Positions 61,735-64,000 of a DNA stretch of 64,000 nt are shown piece after piece. The position numbers and the translations under genes are program-made. The stretch comes from Octopus sinensis (Eukaryota). The notes below the pieces were generated by a model. The model was not told the origin of the DNA. It saw only the letters and a program-made list of their open reading frames with translations, and searched no databases. Where the stretch lies: NCBI RefSeq assembly GCF_006345805.1, contig NC_043013.1, forward strand, positions 49,290,001 through 49,354,000, given 5' to 3'. The stretch's first letter is position 1. Every line of letters starts with the position of its first letter.

Positions 61735-62140
61735 GGCGCAGGAGTGGCTGTGTGGTAAGTAGCTTGCTAACCGACCACATGGTTCCAGGTTCAGTCCCAC
61801 TGCGTGGCATCTTGGGCAAGTGTCTTCTGCTATAGCCCCGGGCCGACCAATGCCTTGAGAGTGGATTTGGTAGACGGAAACTGAAAGAAGCCTGTCGTAT
61901 ATATGTATATATATATATGTATGTGTGTGTGTGTTTGTGTGTCTGTGTTTGTTCCCCTAGCATTGCTTGACAACTGATGGTAGTGTGTTTACGTCCCCGT
62001 CACTTAGCGGTTCGGCAAAAGAGACCGATAGAATAAGTACTGGGCTTACAAAGAATAAGTTCCGGGGTTGATTTGCTCGACTAAAGGCGGTGCTCCAGCA
62101 TGGCCGCAGTCAAATGACTGAAACAAGTAAAAGAGTAAAA
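61735..62140 (+). mobile_element. SINE family A
   Basis: Full copy. Confidence 0.9.
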
Positions 62141-62569
62141 GAAAATATATACTCACACCACTCTTCCAGCCTACAAAAATCTCTTTTACGCCAACACTTC
62201 AACACATCCCCGTCTTACATCACACCCCACACATATACCCACACCTACACCACACCCCCTACACTCTACATTCTATTATTTACACACCTGCACTGGAATG
62301 CGAAGCCACAATCACCCACCTACTTTCACCTATACTCATCCTCCAACCACCCACTGCTCTCCTTTTGCCTTACTGCTGACCATTCTTCATGCTTTCTCTC
62401 TCACACACACACACACATATGCTAACATACAAACACATACATTTATCACATGCTAATGAACTCTATATTATCTCCCCTGGCTTCGCTCTCCTACTTCTCT
62501 CTCCCTCCAAAATTCCTGTTACAATATCTTCTTGCACCAACCTACATGTGGTTTTGCTTCTGTTATACA

Positions 62570-62995
62570 TCACCATCATCATCATCATCGTTTAACGTTC
62601 GCTTTCCATGCTAGCATGGGTTGGACGATTTTGACTGAGGGCTGGCGAGTCAGATGGCTGCACCAGGCTCCAATCTTGATCTGGCAGAGTTTCTATAGCT
62701 GGATGCCCTTCCTAATGCCAACCACCCCGAGAGTGTAGTGGGTGCTTTTTACGTGTCACTGGCATGAGGGCCAGTCAGGCGGCACTGGCAATGACGTCGC
62801 TCGAATCTTTTTACACGTGCCACCGGCACAGGTGCCAGTGAAGCGACGTTGGTAACGATCACGCTCGAATGGTGCCCTTTTATGTGCCACGGGTACGGAA
62901 GCCAGTTGGCTGCTCTGGCAACGATCACGCTCGGATGGTGCTCTTGGCACCCTACTAGCACAGGTATAAGTGCCAGTCAGGCGACGCAGGTAACA
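62570..62995 (-). mobile_element. Retroposon 3' end with (ATG)n tail and internal ~65-bp tandem units
   Basis: catcatcat..cgtttaacg..ggatgcccttcctaatgccaacc; 3-4 degenerate units at 62746-62995. Confidence 0.6.
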
Positions 62996-63770
62996 ATACA
63001 TACTAATTGAATTACTTCACTCAATTTCTTCTTGCGAACCTCCTAATTGGTAACCATTCTAGTATTTCTTGCAACATTGGATTGCATTCATTTTCACTTT
63101 CTAACATAACTGGGAACTTTACTATCTCTATTGCATTTCAACACTTTCTACCAACCTGTGTAAAATAGCTTTTCAGTCAGTAGTTTCTGTACACATCCCT
63201 TCTTAATAGAATTCTTCTTCAAATCCCTTTTACAATCATCTCTCCTTTTTGCAATAATCCTTTCAAAAATTTTCTGTCACAATATATATCTACACACACA
63301 CACAATTACAAAAGAGATACTATTAGTTTCAGGCATTAAGATACATTAAATTGATGGATGGGAGATAATATAGAGTTCATTAGCAACGAGTAACCGAGAG
63401 TCGACTTCGACTGAGCGGATAGATAGGTGGAATTCTTAGACCTAAAAAGAATGTGCCATCTTTCTACTACACATAACTGACATTTCTTTGACCCAAATAT
63501 TTCCGCAATTCTCCACTTGATTGTATATGATGTGCATTTGATCTTCGGACCAAACATGTGTAGCCAAGTTAGTGGCCTTATTTTTAACTGTTTAAATACA
63601 TCTAACATTATGAACTGATCCTGAAAGAGATACACAGCATTTTACATATCTGCCAATTTAATGTATCTTAAAGCATGAAACTATTACTAGCTCTTTTGTA
63701 ATTGTGTATGTTTGAAGATATTTATTTTTCACAGGGTGGAGTACTTTTTTTTTTGATGATCCTACCTGTA

Positions 63771-63921
63771 GGTGCATGAGTGGCTGCATCACAGGAAACT
63801 TGCTTCTCAACCACACGGTTCCAGGTTCAAACCCACTGCATGGCAAGTGTCTTCTACAATAGCTGCGGGCCAAGTAAAGCCTTGTGAATGAATTTGGTAG
63901 ATGGAAACTGAAAGAAGGCTG

Positions 63922-63993
<72 letters not shown>

Positions 63994-64000
63994 TGTGTGT
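63771..64000 (+). mobile_element. Diverged SINE A 5' part
   Basis: ggtgcatgagtggctg...gaaactgaaagaaggctgtc(ta)n(tg)n; runs off the window. Confidence 0.75.

Noticed and set aside
63000-63640. Possible exons of a second host gene (99-aa ORF at 63336-63635)
   Set aside because: No recognisable domain, no convincing splice pair, and stops in adjacent frames.

Overview
AT-rich, repeat- and microsatellite-dense eukaryotic DNA. The SINE families and the (TA)n/(CA)n/(TACA)n/(TTA)n load point to an octopus (coleoid cephalopod) genome; this is inferred from pattern recognition, not a database search. The only host gene I can support is the 3' part of a contactin-type Ig/FN3 GPI-anchored adhesion gene on the + strand. 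It has 11 GT-AG exons between 1509 and 36651 that join in one frame (491 aa: end of the last Ig domain, four FN3 repeats, hydrophobic GPI signal). The rest is transposon-derived: tRNA-headed SINE families (called A, B, C here), relics of Penelope-like elements (PLEs) and of mariner, hAT, RTE, CR1/L2, L1/Tx1, R4/Dong and CRE elements, plus hAT, Harbinger and Helitron miniature elements. The most interesting signal is a dispersed set of minimal type-I hammerhead-ribozyme-like motifs, most of them next to inverted duplications or microsatellites. Their core 3-8 positions covary (C3-G8, U3-A8, G3-C8). A second signal is SINE-C multimers with an identical 184-nt junction at three independent loci. 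All coordinates were counted by eye; TE relic boundaries are approximate.
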